Origin: Chloroflexota bacterium
GTDB lineage: Bacteria; Chloroflexota; Limnocylindria; Limnocylindrales; CSP1-4
Assembly: GCA_044506615.1 (NCBI GenBank)
Contig: JBIQKJ010000001.1
Coordinates: forward strand, 218,434-282,433
DNA length: 64,000 bases
Direction: 5' to 3'
Below the pieces are notes generated by a model, which was given only the letters and a program-made list of their open reading frames with translations, made no database searches and was not told the DNA's origin. A program made the position numbers and the translations under genes. Below, piece after piece: positions 20,188 to 30,291 of this stretch. Numbering within the stretch: the first letter of the stretch is position 1; every line of letters starts with the position of its first letter.

Positions 20188-21340
20188 CGTACTGCTTCCC
20201 GTGCGCCGGTCGATCCCACTCGACGAGGGAGCCGCGGATCGCCTCCAGCTTGTCTTCGTCGAGCTCGATACCGAGCCCCGGACCGTCGGGGACGACCAGT
20301 CGGATGCCGTCGTACTGGATCCTCTCGACGGTGACGTCCTCGATGTAGAGCAGGGGGCCCACGGCGTCGCCGGGCATGTGAAGGGACGGAACGCTCGCCC
20401 CGAGGTGGGCGACAGCGGCCGTCCCGATGCTCATCTCCTGCGTTGTCGAGATGAGGCACTGGAGGCCCGCCGCGTCGGCCAGCGCGAAGAGCCTGGAGGC
20501 GCCCCACAGACCGCCCGACTGGTGCGTGATATTGAAGACGTCGACGGCGCCCGCGCGAATGAGCCGCATCGCTTGCGCGTAGCTCGATACGTGCTCGCTG
20601 ACCGCCACGTCGACGCGGCGACGGACCTCGGCCATGCCCTCGTAGTCCTCGGACCAGCTGACGCTCTCGATGAGGTCGAAGCCGAATGGTCGCAGACGGT
20701 CGTAGAGTCGGAGGGCGTCTTTCCAGTACAGCCGGCTCTGAAAGTCGAGTCCCTTGAGGTGGATCGACCGGTCGAACCGGGACCGCAGTGCGTCGAGAAA
20801 GCGTTCGTCCGCGTCAGCGTCCACCCCGACGTAGTAGCGGAGTCGGGTGATCCCCTGATCGACGAGGTCGGCGATCGCGTCGAGCTGCTGTGGCACGTCC
20901 TCGGGTCGCTTCACCTGGAAGATCGGGTACGTCATCTCGAGCTCGCTGCGAACCTTCCCGCCCAGCAGGTTGTAGACGGGCGTGCCGAGACACTTCCCGG
21001 CGAGATCGTAGAGGGCCATCTCGACGCCCGCGGCGATCTGGGAAGCGAGCTGGAACGGCGGGTACGAGTTCGCATACCGGAGGTAGGTCGGCATGTACTC
21101 GAACATCTCGAGGTGAAATCGCGCCTGCGCCAGCGGATCTCGGCCGAGCACCATCCGCTCGATCGCGACGCGGAGGGCGTCCAGGTCCGGCAGGTGCATC
21201 CGGTAGCAGTCGAGATCAGAGATCTCGCCGAGCCCGACGAGGCCGACGTCGGTCCGAAGCTGCAGAACGATGTGGACCGACACGGAGCCGGTACGCCGGG
21301 TCGTTCGAACAGGCGTGAGCGAAACGTCAACGACCTTCAT
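20177..21340 (-). CDS. Enolase-superfamily dehydratase, divergent GalrD-II paralog
   Basis: RYYVG (RxY), GLDF, IES, SEHV and TTQE motifs. Confidence 0.75.
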   Translation of the reverse strand: MKVVDVSLTPVRTTRRTGSVSVHIVLQLRTDVGLVGLGEISDLDCYRMHLPDLDALRVAIERMVLGRDPLAQARFHLEMFEYMPTYLRYANSYPPFQLASQIAAGVEMALYDLAGKCLGTPVYNLLGGKVRSELEMTYPIFQVKRPEDVPQQLDAIADLVDQGITRLRYYVGVDADADERFLDALRSRFDRSIHLKGLDFQSRLYWKDALRLYDRLRPFGFDLIESVSWSEDYEGMAEVRRRVDVAVSEHVSSYAQAMRLIRAGAVDVFNITHQSGGLWGASRLFALADAAGLQCLISTTQEMSIGTAAVAHLGASVPSLHMPGDAVGPLLYIEDVTVERIQYDGIRLVVPDGPGLGIELDEDKLEAIRGSLVEWDRPAHGKQYVGN

Positions 21341-21442
21341 GGCGTTCCTTCACGCACCGAACACGGGGACCGCCCGGCCGGTCGAATCCGAGGCGCACAG
21401 GCCGGGCGGGTGGGACCACCGAGTCCCCGCACGACGGGCGAA

Positions 21443-22624
21443 TCAACGGCCGTCCACCGGCGCATGGACCCCGACCGTCCGGTCCTGTGCCCCTGCGAGG
21501 TCGACGCCGAAGGCCCACGTGCCATCCGAGTGCATTGCCGCAAGACGCTGCTCATCGACAACGGGACCCAGTCCGGGGGTCTGTGGAACGAGGAGAAAGC
21601 CGTTCTCGTAGTCGACGCCGCGGTCGACGACGTCCGAGGTGTACAGGCGCGGCCCGATGTTGTCGGCAGGATAGGGCAGCGCGGGGAGCACGGCCCCGAC
21701 ATGGGCGACGGCGGCCGTACCGATGTTGAGCTCCTGGGTCGTGCCGATCAGGACGCTCGCCCCGGCCGCCTCGGCGAGGGCGGCGGTTCGAAGGGTCGCC
21801 TGCATTCCGCCGAGGACGTATGGCGAGATGTTCAGGATGTCGACACTGCCGCGGTGGAGCAGGTCCCAGGCGTGACGCATGCCATGGACGTGCTCGGAGA
21901 CCGGCCACCTGCTCCGGCGCCGGTACTCGGCCAGGCCATCGAGGTCGCCGCGAGGGGCGACGCTCTCGACGAGCATGACGTCGCAGATGGCCGTCAGCTC
22001 CTCCGTCAGGCGGAAGGCTCGCCGCCAGTCGAGGAGATTCGAGAAGTCGAGCGACTTGATCCGCACCGTCGAGCCGAACCGACCGGCGAACGCGGAGAGG
22101 AATGCGACGTCTGCTGCGGGATCGGCCCCGACATAGAAGCGGATCGTCGAGAACCCCTTGTCGAGCTTGTCCGCGACTCCTGCCAGGGCATCCTCCACCT
22201 GATCCGTCGAGCGCAGACGGAATACCGGGTAGCAGACCGCGATGCGATCTCGCGCCGCACCTCCGAGCAGCTGGTGGACCGGAACGCCTTCGGCGCGGGC
22301 GACAAGGTCGTGGAGGGCGAGATCGACACCCTGCCGGACCAGGCCGGACCGGCTGTACATGTGGCCTTCATCGGGATAGAAGTCACGCATCCTCCGCTCG
22401 AGCAGACCAAGCATCCGTGGATCGCTGCCGACGAGGATCTCGGCCAGCGATGCCTCGAGCTTGGCGAGGTCGAACTGGTACATCGGGAGGTGGGAGAGAT
22501 CACTCATCTCCCCCCAGCCGACCGCACCGTCGTCAGTCTCGAGTCGGACCAGCACATGGTCGTTCGCGACTCCGGTGTCCCGGGCGATCCGGACGGGATG
22601 CAGGGAGATCGACGCGATCCTCAT
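21443..22624 (-). CDS. Galactarate dehydratase (D-threo-forming, GalrD-II)-like enzyme
   Basis: GEMSDLSHLPMY, CYPVFR, RFYVG, KSLDFS, SEHV, GTTQEL and C-terminal QDRT match my recollection of the O. iheyensis enzyme. Confidence 0.8.
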   Translation of the reverse strand: MRIASISLHPVRIARDTGVANDHVLVRLETDDGAVGWGEMSDLSHLPMYQFDLAKLEASLAEILVGSDPRMLGLLERRMRDFYPDEGHMYSRSGLVRQGVDLALHDLVARAEGVPVHQLLGGAARDRIAVCYPVFRLRSTDQVEDALAGVADKLDKGFSTIRFYVGADPAADVAFLSAFAGRFGSTVRIKSLDFSNLLDWRRAFRLTEELTAICDVMLVESVAPRGDLDGLAEYRRRSRWPVSEHVHGMRHAWDLLHRGSVDILNISPYVLGGMQATLRTAALAEAAGASVLIGTTQELNIGTAAVAHVGAVLPALPYPADNIGPRLYTSDVVDRGVDYENGFLLVPQTPGLGPVVDEQRLAAMHSDGTWAFGVDLAGAQDRTVGVHAPVDGR

Positions 22625-23523
22625 GCAGCGCTCCCGACGGAGGCGCCGGCGATCGACGCCAGCAGCGTGCGCACGGATTGGCGGTCCTGCTCATCCAGGG
22701 TCGTGATCGGTGGCCGGACCGCGCGGCCGGCAATCCCCATCTGGTGCAGCGCCTCCTTGACCGCCGGGACGTTCGCGGCTCCGCCGTCGCGGGCACGAAG
22801 GAGTTCCAGAGGTCGGACCAGGCTCCAGGTAGCACGGACCTGCTCGTTCGCGCCCGCGCGCAGCTGCTCGTGAAGGGCGAGCGCCACCTGGGGCGCAAAC
22901 GACGCGAGGCCGGATGTGAAGCCTTCGGCTCCGAGCGCCCCGAACGGCGGTGCCCAGAGCTCCGCGAGCCCGCAGAGCCACGTCACCGGATGGCCAAGGT
23001 CGGCAACGATCCCCCCGAACCTGACGACGTCGGGAACGGCGTACTTGACCGCCGTCACGTTGGGACACCGAGCGAAGAGCGCGGCCAGCGTGCTGCTGCC
23101 CACGGCGGGATCCTTCACGTATGGGATGACGGGGGTCCCGGACCCTGCCTCCGCAACCGAGGCGAAGTAGTCGAGCCAGCCGGCGCCCGACCGAAACGGG
23201 CCGGGCGGCTCATGGACCATGACGGCCGCCGCCCCGCGCCGGGAAGCTTCACGAGCCTCGCCTATCGCAGATCGGACGTCGCCACCGACGCCGACGACGA
23301 CATGGGCGCTGCCGGCCGCTTCGAGCACGACGTCCCGAGCGACGGCTCGCTCGCTCGGGGATAGGGACCAGTACTCGCCGGTGTTGCCATTGACCGTCAG
23401 AACCGTCACCCCGCCGGTCAGGGTGTGGTCGACGATGCGCGCCAAGGCGCGCTCGTCGAGGGCCCCGCCCGGCTCGAACGGAGTCGGCAGCACAGCCACG
23501 ACTGTCGCGAAGGGTCCGCTCAC
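22621..23523 (-). CDS. DHDPS/NAL-family enzyme, probable keto-deoxy-aldarate dehydratase
   Basis: GNTGEY, IPY, Schiff-base AVKY and GFTSG. Aldarate gene context. Confidence 0.7.
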   Translation of the reverse strand: MSGPFATVVAVLPTPFEPGGALDERALARIVDHTLTGGVTVLTVNGNTGEYWSLSPSERAVARDVVLEAAGSAHVVVGVGGDVRSAIGEAREASRRGAAAVMVHEPPGPFRSGAGWLDYFASVAEAGSGTPVIPYVKDPAVGSSTLAALFARCPNVTAVKYAVPDVVRFGGIVADLGHPVTWLCGLAELWAPPFGALGAEGFTSGLASFAPQVALALHEQLRAGANEQVRATWSLVRPLELLRARDGGAANVPAVKEALHQMGIAGRAVRPPITTLDEQDRQSVRTLLASIAGASVGSAA

Positions 23524-23544
23524 GACGCCCTCATGTTGTGGGAT

Positions 23545-23563
23545 CAGATATATCAGGTATCAT
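23545..23563. promoter_or_regulatory. Candidate GntR operator CAGATATATCAG next to a TATCAT -10
   Basis: One mismatch to CTGATATATCAG, within the 47-bp divergent intergenic gap. Confidence 0.6.
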
Positions 23564-23570
23564 ACACGGC

Positions 23571-25082
23571 ATGGCGCAAGCTGTCACGGCACCCGGCACC
23601 CTTTCGCTCCGTGCTCGCATTGGCCCGACGTGGGAACGCAGCGAAGGTCAGACGGTGGCCGATCGGAATCCCGCTCGGCCCGATGAGGTGGTGGCCACTG
23701 CACCGGCCGGGGATGTCGCGACGGCTCGTCGGGCGCTCGAGGCTGCCCGCAGCGCGCTTCCTGCCTGGGCACGGACGCAGGCGCCCGCGCGAGGCGAGAT
23801 CCTGTTTCGGGCCGCCGAGCTCCTTACCGACCGTGCCACGGAGATCGGACGGGATCTCTGTCGGGAACAGGGCAAGACGCTGTCGGAGGCAATTGGCGAG
23901 GTTCGCCGTGCCGCACAGATCTTGCGCTACTTCGCTGGGGTCACGCTTCAGCCCGAGGGGGAGATCCACTCCTCCAGCGTTCCCGGTACCCGCATCTGGG
24001 TTATCGGGCAGCCGGTTGGAGTGGTCGCGCTCGTCACGCCCTGGAACTTTCCCATCGCGATACCCGCCTGGAAGATCGGCCCCGCGCTGGCGTTCGGGAA
24101 TACCGTGATCCTCAAGCCCGCGTCCGCGACGCCGTTGAGTGCGTTCCGTTTGGTCGAGGCGCTTGTCGACGCCGGTGTCCCTGACGGCGTCGTCAACTTG
24201 GCGTATGTCAGCGGTGCGGCCGCCGAGTCGGCCTGGCTGCGTGACGGCGGCGTAGACGCGATCTCCTTCACAGGGTCGACCGCGGTCGGGACCCGGGTTC
24301 GGGAGCACGCCGCCGCTGCCGGGATTCGTTCCCAGCTCGAGCTGGGCGGGAAGAACGCCGTCGTCGTGGCAGAGGATGCCGATCTCGACGCCGCCGCGGA
24401 CGCGATTGCCCGAGGCGCCTTTGCCTCCGCTGGTCAGAAATGCACGGCGACGTCACGTGTCATCGCCGTCGAACCGGTCGCCCGAGCCTTGGAGGAGCGA
24501 CTTGCCGAGCGCGTCCGAGCGCTCGTGCCGGGCGATCCTCTGCATCCGTCGACGACGCTGGGGCCCGTGATCGACGAGTCGGCTCGCGGTCGGGTGCTCG
24601 CGGCCGTCGACCGCGCCGTGACGGAAGGCTGCCGAGTCGTCGCGCGCGGGGAGGTCCCAGAGGTCGGGTGGTATGCCCCGCCGGTCGTGCTGGCGGACGT
24701 TCGGCCCGAGCACGCGATCGCGCAGGAGGAGGTCTTCGGGCCGGTCGTCGGCATCCTCGTTGCCGCCGACCTCGACGATGCGCTGCGCATCCACGACTCA
24801 GTTGCTTTCGGGCTCTCCGCCTCGATCTTCACGCGCGACATCGCGACCGCTCATCGGTTCGCGGTTGCAGCGCGCGCCGGCGTCGTGCACGTCAACGGCG
24901 AGACCGCGGGCGCCGAGGCCCATGTGCCGTTCGGCGGGATCAAGGCATCCTCCTGGGGTCCGCCCGAGCAGGGCTCCGCGGCACGCGCGTTCTACACGCA
25001 GTCGAAGACGGTCTATTGGGATAATGGGACACCGACTGGCTTGTTCGACGCCGTCGGTCGTCGTCCTGACCCGAACGCGTAG
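23571..25082 (+). CDS. Aldehyde dehydrogenase, probable 2,5-dioxopentanoate dehydrogenase
   Basis: TPWNFP, FTGS, LELGGKN, GQKCTATS and EEVFGP motifs. Confidence 0.85.
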   Translation: MAQAVTAPGTLSLRARIGPTWERSEGQTVADRNPARPDEVVATAPAGDVATARRALEAARSALPAWARTQAPARGEILFRAAELLTDRATEIGRDLCREQGKTLSEAIGEVRRAAQILRYFAGVTLQPEGEIHSSSVPGTRIWVIGQPVGVVALVTPWNFPIAIPAWKIGPALAFGNTVILKPASATPLSAFRLVEALVDAGVPDGVVNLAYVSGAAAESAWLRDGGVDAISFTGSTAVGTRVREHAAAAGIRSQLELGGKNAVVVAEDADLDAAADAIARGAFASAGQKCTATSRVIAVEPVARALEERLAERVRALVPGDPLHPSTTLGPVIDESARGRVLAAVDRAVTEGCRVVARGEVPEVGWYAPPVVLADVRPEHAIAQEEVFGPVVGILVAADLDDALRIHDSVAFGLSASIFTRDIATAHRFAVAARAGVVHVNGETAGAEAHVPFGGIKASSWGPPEQGSAARAFYTQSKTVYWDNGTPTGLFDAVGRRPDPNA

Positions 25083-25087
25083 CCAAC

Positions 25088-25753
25088 ATGGACTTCGACC
25101 TCGCGATCCGATTGATCGCCGCGGCGACATGCGGTGCGCTCATCGGGTTCGAGCGCGAGATCCATGACAAACCAGCGGGCATGCGTACCCACCTGCTGCT
25201 CGCCCTCGGATCGGCCATCTTCACGGTCCTGTCGGCGCACGGCTTCAGCTCCACGGCGCCGACCGCGGTCGACCCATCGCGGATCTCCGCGCAGATCGTT
25301 GCGGGTGTCGGCTTCCTCGGCGCCGGAGCCATCATCAAGGACGGCGCATGGGTCCGCGGTCTGACCACTGCGGCGAGCCTGTGGGTGACCGCCGCGATCG
25401 GGCTGGCCGCGGGCGCCGGGTCGTACGGCGTTGCCACCTTCGGCACGCTCCTGGTGGTCGTCTCACTGTGGCCGCTCAACCTCGTGATGGCCCGGGCGCG
25501 ACCGAGCGGCCAGGAGGTCCTTCGCGTCCGGCTGGCACTCGCGAAGCTCACGGCGTTCGGCTCGATCCTCGAGCGAGTGAACGCCGATGGCCTCACCCTG
25601 GTCGGAGTGCAGAGTCAGCGGGTCGGTAAGGGCCGATACGACTTCGACCTTTCGCTCCGGAGCCCCGGACCGGGCGCCGTGGCTCACTTCCTGGGCGAGA
25701 TCGGCAGCCTCGTCGAGGTCGAGATCCTCGAGACGAACCGCGATTTCGGATAG
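25088..25753 (+). CDS. MgtC/SapB family protein
   Basis: IGFERE, AGMRTH, DPSRI, GFLGAG and GLTTAA motifs. Confidence 0.9.
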   Translation: MDFDLAIRLIAAATCGALIGFEREIHDKPAGMRTHLLLALGSAIFTVLSAHGFSSTAPTAVDPSRISAQIVAGVGFLGAGAIIKDGAWVRGLTTAASLWVTAAIGLAAGAGSYGVATFGTLLVVVSLWPLNLVMARARPSGQEVLRVRLALAKLTAFGSILERVNADGLTLVGVQSQRVGKGRYDFDLSLRSPGPGAVAHFLGEIGSLVEVEILETNRDFG

Positions 25754-25858
25754 GGCCCGGCCGCTCGCCGTGCTCACCGCGCCAGGCATTGCGCCGCTAC
25801 CATTCGGGGCGATGCCGCACCCCCGTCACCCGGGCTCCGCGCCCGATCCCGTCTCGCG

Positions 25859-27133
25859 ATGAGCCGCGCCCCGTTGCGTGTCGCCGTGCTCGGCGCCGGG
25901 ACCGTCGGCGCGGCCGTCGTGCGCGGCCTCGTCGAGCACCCGGAGCGGCTGGTCGCCGCCGACGGCGCCCCGCTCGCACTGGCCGGCGTCGCGGTCCGCG
26001 ATCTCGAGGGCGGCCGTCGGCGCGGCCTGCCCGCCGATCACCTGACCGACGCGCCCGCGCACCTCGTCGCCTCGCCCGACACCGACGTGATCGTCGAGCT
26101 CATGGGCGGCGACGAACCGGCCCACACGCTGATCGCCGCGGCCCTCGGCGCGGGAAAGCCGGTCGTCACCGCGAACAAGCACGTCGTCGCCCACCACGGC
26201 CCCGAGCTCGAGGCGATCGCTCGACGGACCGGCGTCGCGCTCCGCTTCGAGGCGGCGGTCGCCGGCGGCATCCCGGTCCTGGCGCCGCTCGCGGGCGACC
26301 TCGCGGCGAACCGGATCGCGCGCGTGCGCGGCATCGTCAACGGGACGACGAACTACATCCTGAGCGCGATGGCCGAGGACGGTCGGGCCTACGGGGACGT
26401 GCTGATCGACGCGCAGGAGCTCGGCTACGCGGAGGCCGATCCGACGGGCGACGTCGAGGGGCACGACGCGGTCAACAAGCTCGTGATCCTGGCGCGGCTC
26501 GCATTCGGCCAGTGGCTCGACCCCGCGTCGATCGCCACGGCGCCGCCGCGCGCTCGCGGACACGGCGCGCCCGGGATCACCGGCGTGACCGACCAGGAGG
26601 TCGAGGGCGCTGCCGCCCTCGGGCTGTCGATCAAGCTCCTGGCGACCGCGGCCCGGAGCGAGGACGGTATCGCGGCCTCGGTCGTGCCGACCGCGGTCCC
26701 CGCCGACAGCCCGTTCGGCTGGACCGACGGCGTGACGAACCGGGTCGAGGTCGAGGCGGAGCCGCTCGGGACGGTCTGGTTCGCGGGACCCGGTGCCGGT
26801 GGCGGGGCGACCAGCAGCGCAGTCCTCGGCGATCTCGTCGCGGTCGCACGCGGGCTCACCTCGACGTGGGCCGGGCTGCCGGTCGCCGGGCCTCCGGCCA
26901 TGTCGGCCGTGCCGGCGCTCGAGACCGCCCGCGCCTGGTACGCGTTCGTTCCGCCGGTCGACTCGCTCGACCCGGCCGACTTGCCGGCCGCCCTCGATCG
27001 CGCCGCATCGGTCGAGTTCGAGCACGGCACCGCGATCCGCACCGAGGTCGTGACGCTGCACGAGGCCCGTGCCGCGTTCGATGCGATCCTCCCGTCGGGC
27101 GCCGACGTCACGCTGTACCCGGTCGATGACTGA
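25859..27133 (+). CDS. hom: Homoserine dehydrogenase
   Basis: [30 protein letters not shown] and GYAEADP motifs. Confidence 0.95.
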   Translation: MSRAPLRVAVLGAGTVGAAVVRGLVEHPERLVAADGAPLALAGVAVRDLEGGRRRGLPADHLTDAPAHLVASPDTDVIVELMGGDEPAHTLIAAALGAGKPVVTANKHVVAHHGPELEAIARRTGVALRFEAAVAGGIPVLAPLAGDLAANRIARVRGIVNGTTNYILSAMAEDGRAYGDVLIDAQELGYAEADPTGDVEGHDAVNKLVILARLAFGQWLDPASIATAPPRARGHGAPGITGVTDQEVEGAAALGLSIKLLATAARSEDGIAASVVPTAVPADSPFGWTDGVTNRVEVEAEPLGTVWFAGPGAGGGATSSAVLGDLVAVARGLTSTWAGLPVAGPPAMSAVPALETARAWYAFVPPVDSLDPADLPAALDRAASVEFEHGTAIRTEVVTLHEARAAFDAILPSGADVTLYPVDD

Positions 27134-28199
27134 CCGGGGCGCCGGGCGCCCCCGGCTCGTCGACCGCTACGCGGCGTTCCTGCCGGTCAGCCCGGCCACG
27201 CCGGTCCTGAGCCTCGGCGAGGGGTTCACGCCGCTCGTCCGGCTGGCGCGGCTCGGGGCCGAGCTCGGGATCGGGAACCTCTACGCCAAGGTCGAGGGAC
27301 AGAACCCGACCGGCTCGTTCAAGGACCGCGGCATGGTCGTCGCGGTCTCGAAGGCGCTCGAGGCCGGCGCTCGCGCGATCATCTGCGCGTCGACCGGCAA
27401 CACGTCGGCGTCAGCGGCTGCGTACGGCGCGGCTGCCGGGCTCGAGGTCGTCGTCGTCCTGCCCAAGGGTCAGATCGCGGTCGGCAAGCTGCTCCAGGCG
27501 CTCGTCGCGGGGGCGCGCGCCGTCGCGGTCGACGGCAACTTCGACCAGGCGCTCGGCATCGTCCGGGCGCTCGCCGAGCAGGACGACCACCCGGTCACGC
27601 TCGTCAACTCGGTCAACCCGCACCGGATCGCCGGCCAGAAGACCGCCGCGTTCGAGATCTGCGACGACCTCGGGCGCGCGCCGGACATCCTCGCGATCCC
27701 GGTCGGCAACGCCGGCAACATCAGCGCGTACTGGGCGGGTTTCCGCGAGTACGCCGGTGCCGGCCGGATCGACGCGCTCCCGCGGATGTGGGGGTTCCAG
27801 GCCGCGGGCGCCGCGCCGCTCGTGAGCGGGCACCGGGTCGAGCGACCCGAAACCGTCGCGACCGCGATCCGGATCGGCGACCCGGCCTCGTGGGGGACCG
27901 CGATCGCGGCGCGCGACGAGTCGGACGGTCTGATCGACGCCGTCACCGACGACGAGATCCTCGCGGCGTATCGAGACCTGGCGCGGTTCGAGGGCGTCTT
28001 CTGCGAGCCGTCGTCCGCGGCGAGCGTCGCGGGCGTGCGCAAGGCCGCGGCTGCGGGCCGGGTACGCGAGGACGCGGTCGTGGTGTGCGTGCTGACCGGG
28101 CACGGGCTCAAGGACCCGACGACCGCCGAGCGGACCGTCGGACCGCTCATCGAGGCCCAGGCGACGATCGGCTCGGTCGCCGTGGCGCTCGGCTGGTAG
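27126..28199 (+). CDS. thrC: Threonine synthase
   Basis: [18 protein letters not shown] and PVGNAGN motifs. Confidence 0.95.
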   Translation: MTDRGAGRPRLVDRYAAFLPVSPATPVLSLGEGFTPLVRLARLGAELGIGNLYAKVEGQNPTGSFKDRGMVVAVSKALEAGARAIICASTGNTSASAAAYGAAAGLEVVVVLPKGQIAVGKLLQALVAGARAVAVDGNFDQALGIVRALAEQDDHPVTLVNSVNPHRIAGQKTAAFEICDDLGRAPDILAIPVGNAGNISAYWAGFREYAGAGRIDALPRMWGFQAAGAAPLVSGHRVERPETVATAIRIGDPASWGTAIAARDESDGLIDAVTDDEILAAYRDLARFEGVFCEPSSAASVAGVRKAAAAGRVREDAVVVCVLTGHGLKDPTTAERTVGPLIEAQATIGSVAVALGW

Positions 28200-28207
28200 G
28201 GGCGGCC

Positions 28208-29170
28208 GTGGTCACGCATTGGCTCGCCGAGCTCGACGGCCGCCGGGCGGTCGTCGAGGTCCCGGCAAGCTCGGCCAACCTCGGCGCCGGCTACGACTGC
28301 CTCGGGCTGGCGCTCGGCATCGTCAATCGCGTGGCGCTCGAGGTCCGTTCCTGGAGCCGCGGCCGGGTCGAGCTGTCGGTCGACGGGGAGGGCGTCGGCG
28401 AGATCGGCGAGAGCCGCGACAACCGGTTCGTGCGCGGCGTCGAGGCAGCGATGGAGGCGGTCCACGGCCCGATCCCCGACGGCGTCGGCTGGCGGGTCGA
28501 GATGCGCAACGAGATCCCGCTGGCGCGGGGCCTCGGGTCCTCGGCCGCCGCCACGGTCGGCGGGCTGCTGGCGGGCAACGCCCTGCTCGGCGACCCGCTC
28601 GACACCACCGCCCTCCTCGGGCTCGCGTCGGCGATCGAGGGTCACCCCGACAACGCCGCGACCGCGCTGCTCGGCGGGTTCGTCGTCTCGGCCGCGACCG
28701 AGGAGGGGGTCGAGGCGGTTCGGTTCGACGTTCCGCGCGACCTGCGGGCGGTGCTGTTCATCCCGGAGCTGCGCCTGTCGACATCGGCGATGCGGGAGGT
28801 GCTGCCGGCCGACGTTCCGCGGGCCGATGCGGTCGCAAACCTCGCGGCCGCGGCGATCGGCGTGGCCGGCATCGCGACGCGCCGGTACGAGCTGCTCGGG
28901 CGGCTGACGGTCGACCGCCTCCACGAGCCGTACCGCGCGGCGGCCTACCCGCAGCTGCCGCGGCTGGTCGGCGCCGCGCGCGAGGCGGGCGCGCTCGGGG
29001 CGTGCCTGTCGGGCGCCGGTTCGACCGTGATCGCCTTCGCCGACTCCGTCGCGAGGATCTCGCGGATCGAGGCGGCGCTGCTCGCGGCCGCGGCCGACAC
29101 CGACCTGCCGGGGCGTGTCACGGTCGCCAGGCCGCGCAACGCCGGGGCGTCGGTCGTCGAGCGGACGTAG
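28208..29170 (+). CDS. thrB: Homoserine kinase
   Basis: PASSANLGAGYD, PLARGLGSSA, EGHPDN and LSGAG motifs. Confidence 0.93.
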   Translation: MVTHWLAELDGRRAVVEVPASSANLGAGYDCLGLALGIVNRVALEVRSWSRGRVELSVDGEGVGEIGESRDNRFVRGVEAAMEAVHGPIPDGVGWRVEMRNEIPLARGLGSSAAATVGGLLAGNALLGDPLDTTALLGLASAIEGHPDNAATALLGGFVVSAATEEGVEAVRFDVPRDLRAVLFIPELRLSTSAMREVLPADVPRADAVANLAAAAIGVAGIATRRYELLGRLTVDRLHEPYRAAAYPQLPRLVGAAREAGALGACLSGAGSTVIAFADSVARISRIEAALLAAAADTDLPGRVTVARPRNAGASVVERT

Positions 29171-29208
29171 CGGGCCGGCCGCGCGGAGGAGCCTCGCCGG
29201 CGCGCCGA

Positions 29209-29321
29209 ATTCCGCACGTGTCATGCGATTCGCCATCAGCACGCACGACCGTCTCGCGATTCCTGCGGTTTCGGTCGAGGGTCACGCTCGCTACGGCCGA
29301 TCCTGATGAAGCGCGTGGAAT
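29209..29321 (-). repeat. 113-bp imperfect palindromic element, copy 1
   Basis: Ends ATTCC...GGAAT. Its reverse complement aligns to 30583-30695 (83/113 identical ungapped, counted by hand). Confidence 0.85.
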
Positions 29322-29324
29322 ACC

Positions 29325-29504
29325 TCAGCGCACCAGGCGCCAGGCGACGACGACCAGGAGCCCTGCGCCGACGAGCCAGAGCCACCCGCCCGGGATGCTG
29401 GCGAACGCGCCGCCGATGCCGGTGAGCGCCCCCTCGAGCGCACCGCCGACCCCGTCGAACAGGCCGCCGATCGAATCACCGACCGAGCGGCCCAACCCCT
29501 CCAT
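29325..29504 (-). CDS. Small Gly-rich membrane protein (59 aa)
   Basis: MEGLGRSVGDSIGGLFDG...GWLWLVGAGLLVVVAWRLVR. GC-rich third codon positions; CACACT 6 nt upstream. Confidence 0.65.
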   Translation of the reverse strand: MEGLGRSVGDSIGGLFDGVGGALEGALTGIGGAFASIPGGWLWLVGAGLLVVVAWRLVR

Positions 29505-29525
29505 GCGCGGAGTGTGCGCTCGGCG

Positions 29526-30284
29526 TCAAGCCACGCCGATGAACCGGCGCACCTCGTCCCAGGCGGCGGCGCTTGCGTCCGCGAACTGCTCGGCCTTGCG
29601 GTCGAAGAAGCTGTGCGGCGCGCCGTGGTACTCGACGAGCCGATGCTCGACCCCGGCCGCGCTGAGCGCGTCGTCGAACGCTCGCACGGACGTGGGCGGG
29701 ATCGCCGGGTCCGCGCCGCCGAACAGTCCCAGGATCGGGGCGCGCATCTCGTCGGCGAGCTCGGCCGGGGCCGGCGTCCCGGCACGGTGCGGGCCCACCG
29801 GCACCCCGTAGAACCCGATGGCCCCGGCCAGGTCCAGCCCCATCGTCGCGCTGAGGAACGCCAGCCGGCCGCCGAAGCAGAAGCCGACGGTGTAGATGGC
29901 TTCGGGCGCGGGGTCGGCGCGTCGCAGCTCGGCGATGCCCGCGCGGATGTCGGCCCGGAGGCCCTCGTAGGTCGCCTGCTCGACGTGCGCCATGTGCTCG
30001 AACTCGTCGCCCCGCGGCCCGGTGCCGGCCGTGCGACCGAAGTAGTCGATGGCGACCGCATCGACCCCGATCTCCGCGAACCGGAGCGCGAGCTCCTCGT
30101 AGTACGGGTGCAGCCCGCGGATGTCGGGGAGGACCAGCATGCCGATGCCTGCCCGCGTCGTCGGCCGTGCCCGGAAGGCACGGAGCCGCGCGCCGTCCTC
30201 GGCGGTGAGCACGATCTCCTCGGCGTCGAGGGCGCCGCCCGCGATCGGCTCGATCGGCGGTCGGTCGTCGGGCGTGAAGCACAT
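29526..30284 (-). CDS. Dienelactone hydrolase family protein
   Basis: PDIRGL, GFCFGG, D and HSF catalytic elements. Confidence 0.9.
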   Translation of the reverse strand: MCFTPDDRPPIEPIAGGALDAEEIVLTAEDGARLRAFRARPTTRAGIGMLVLPDIRGLHPYYEELALRFAEIGVDAVAIDYFGRTAGTGPRGDEFEHMAHVEQATYEGLRADIRAGIAELRRADPAPEAIYTVGFCFGGRLAFLSATMGLDLAGAIGFYGVPVGPHRAGTPAPAELADEMRAPILGLFGGADPAIPPTSVRAFDDALSAAGVEHRLVEYHGAPHSFFDRKAEQFADASAAAWDEVRRFIGVA

Positions 30285-30291
30285 CGGTCGG

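Noticed and set aside
22621-23523. dapA call
   Set aside because: GNTGE rather than GTTGE, and the context is catabolic.
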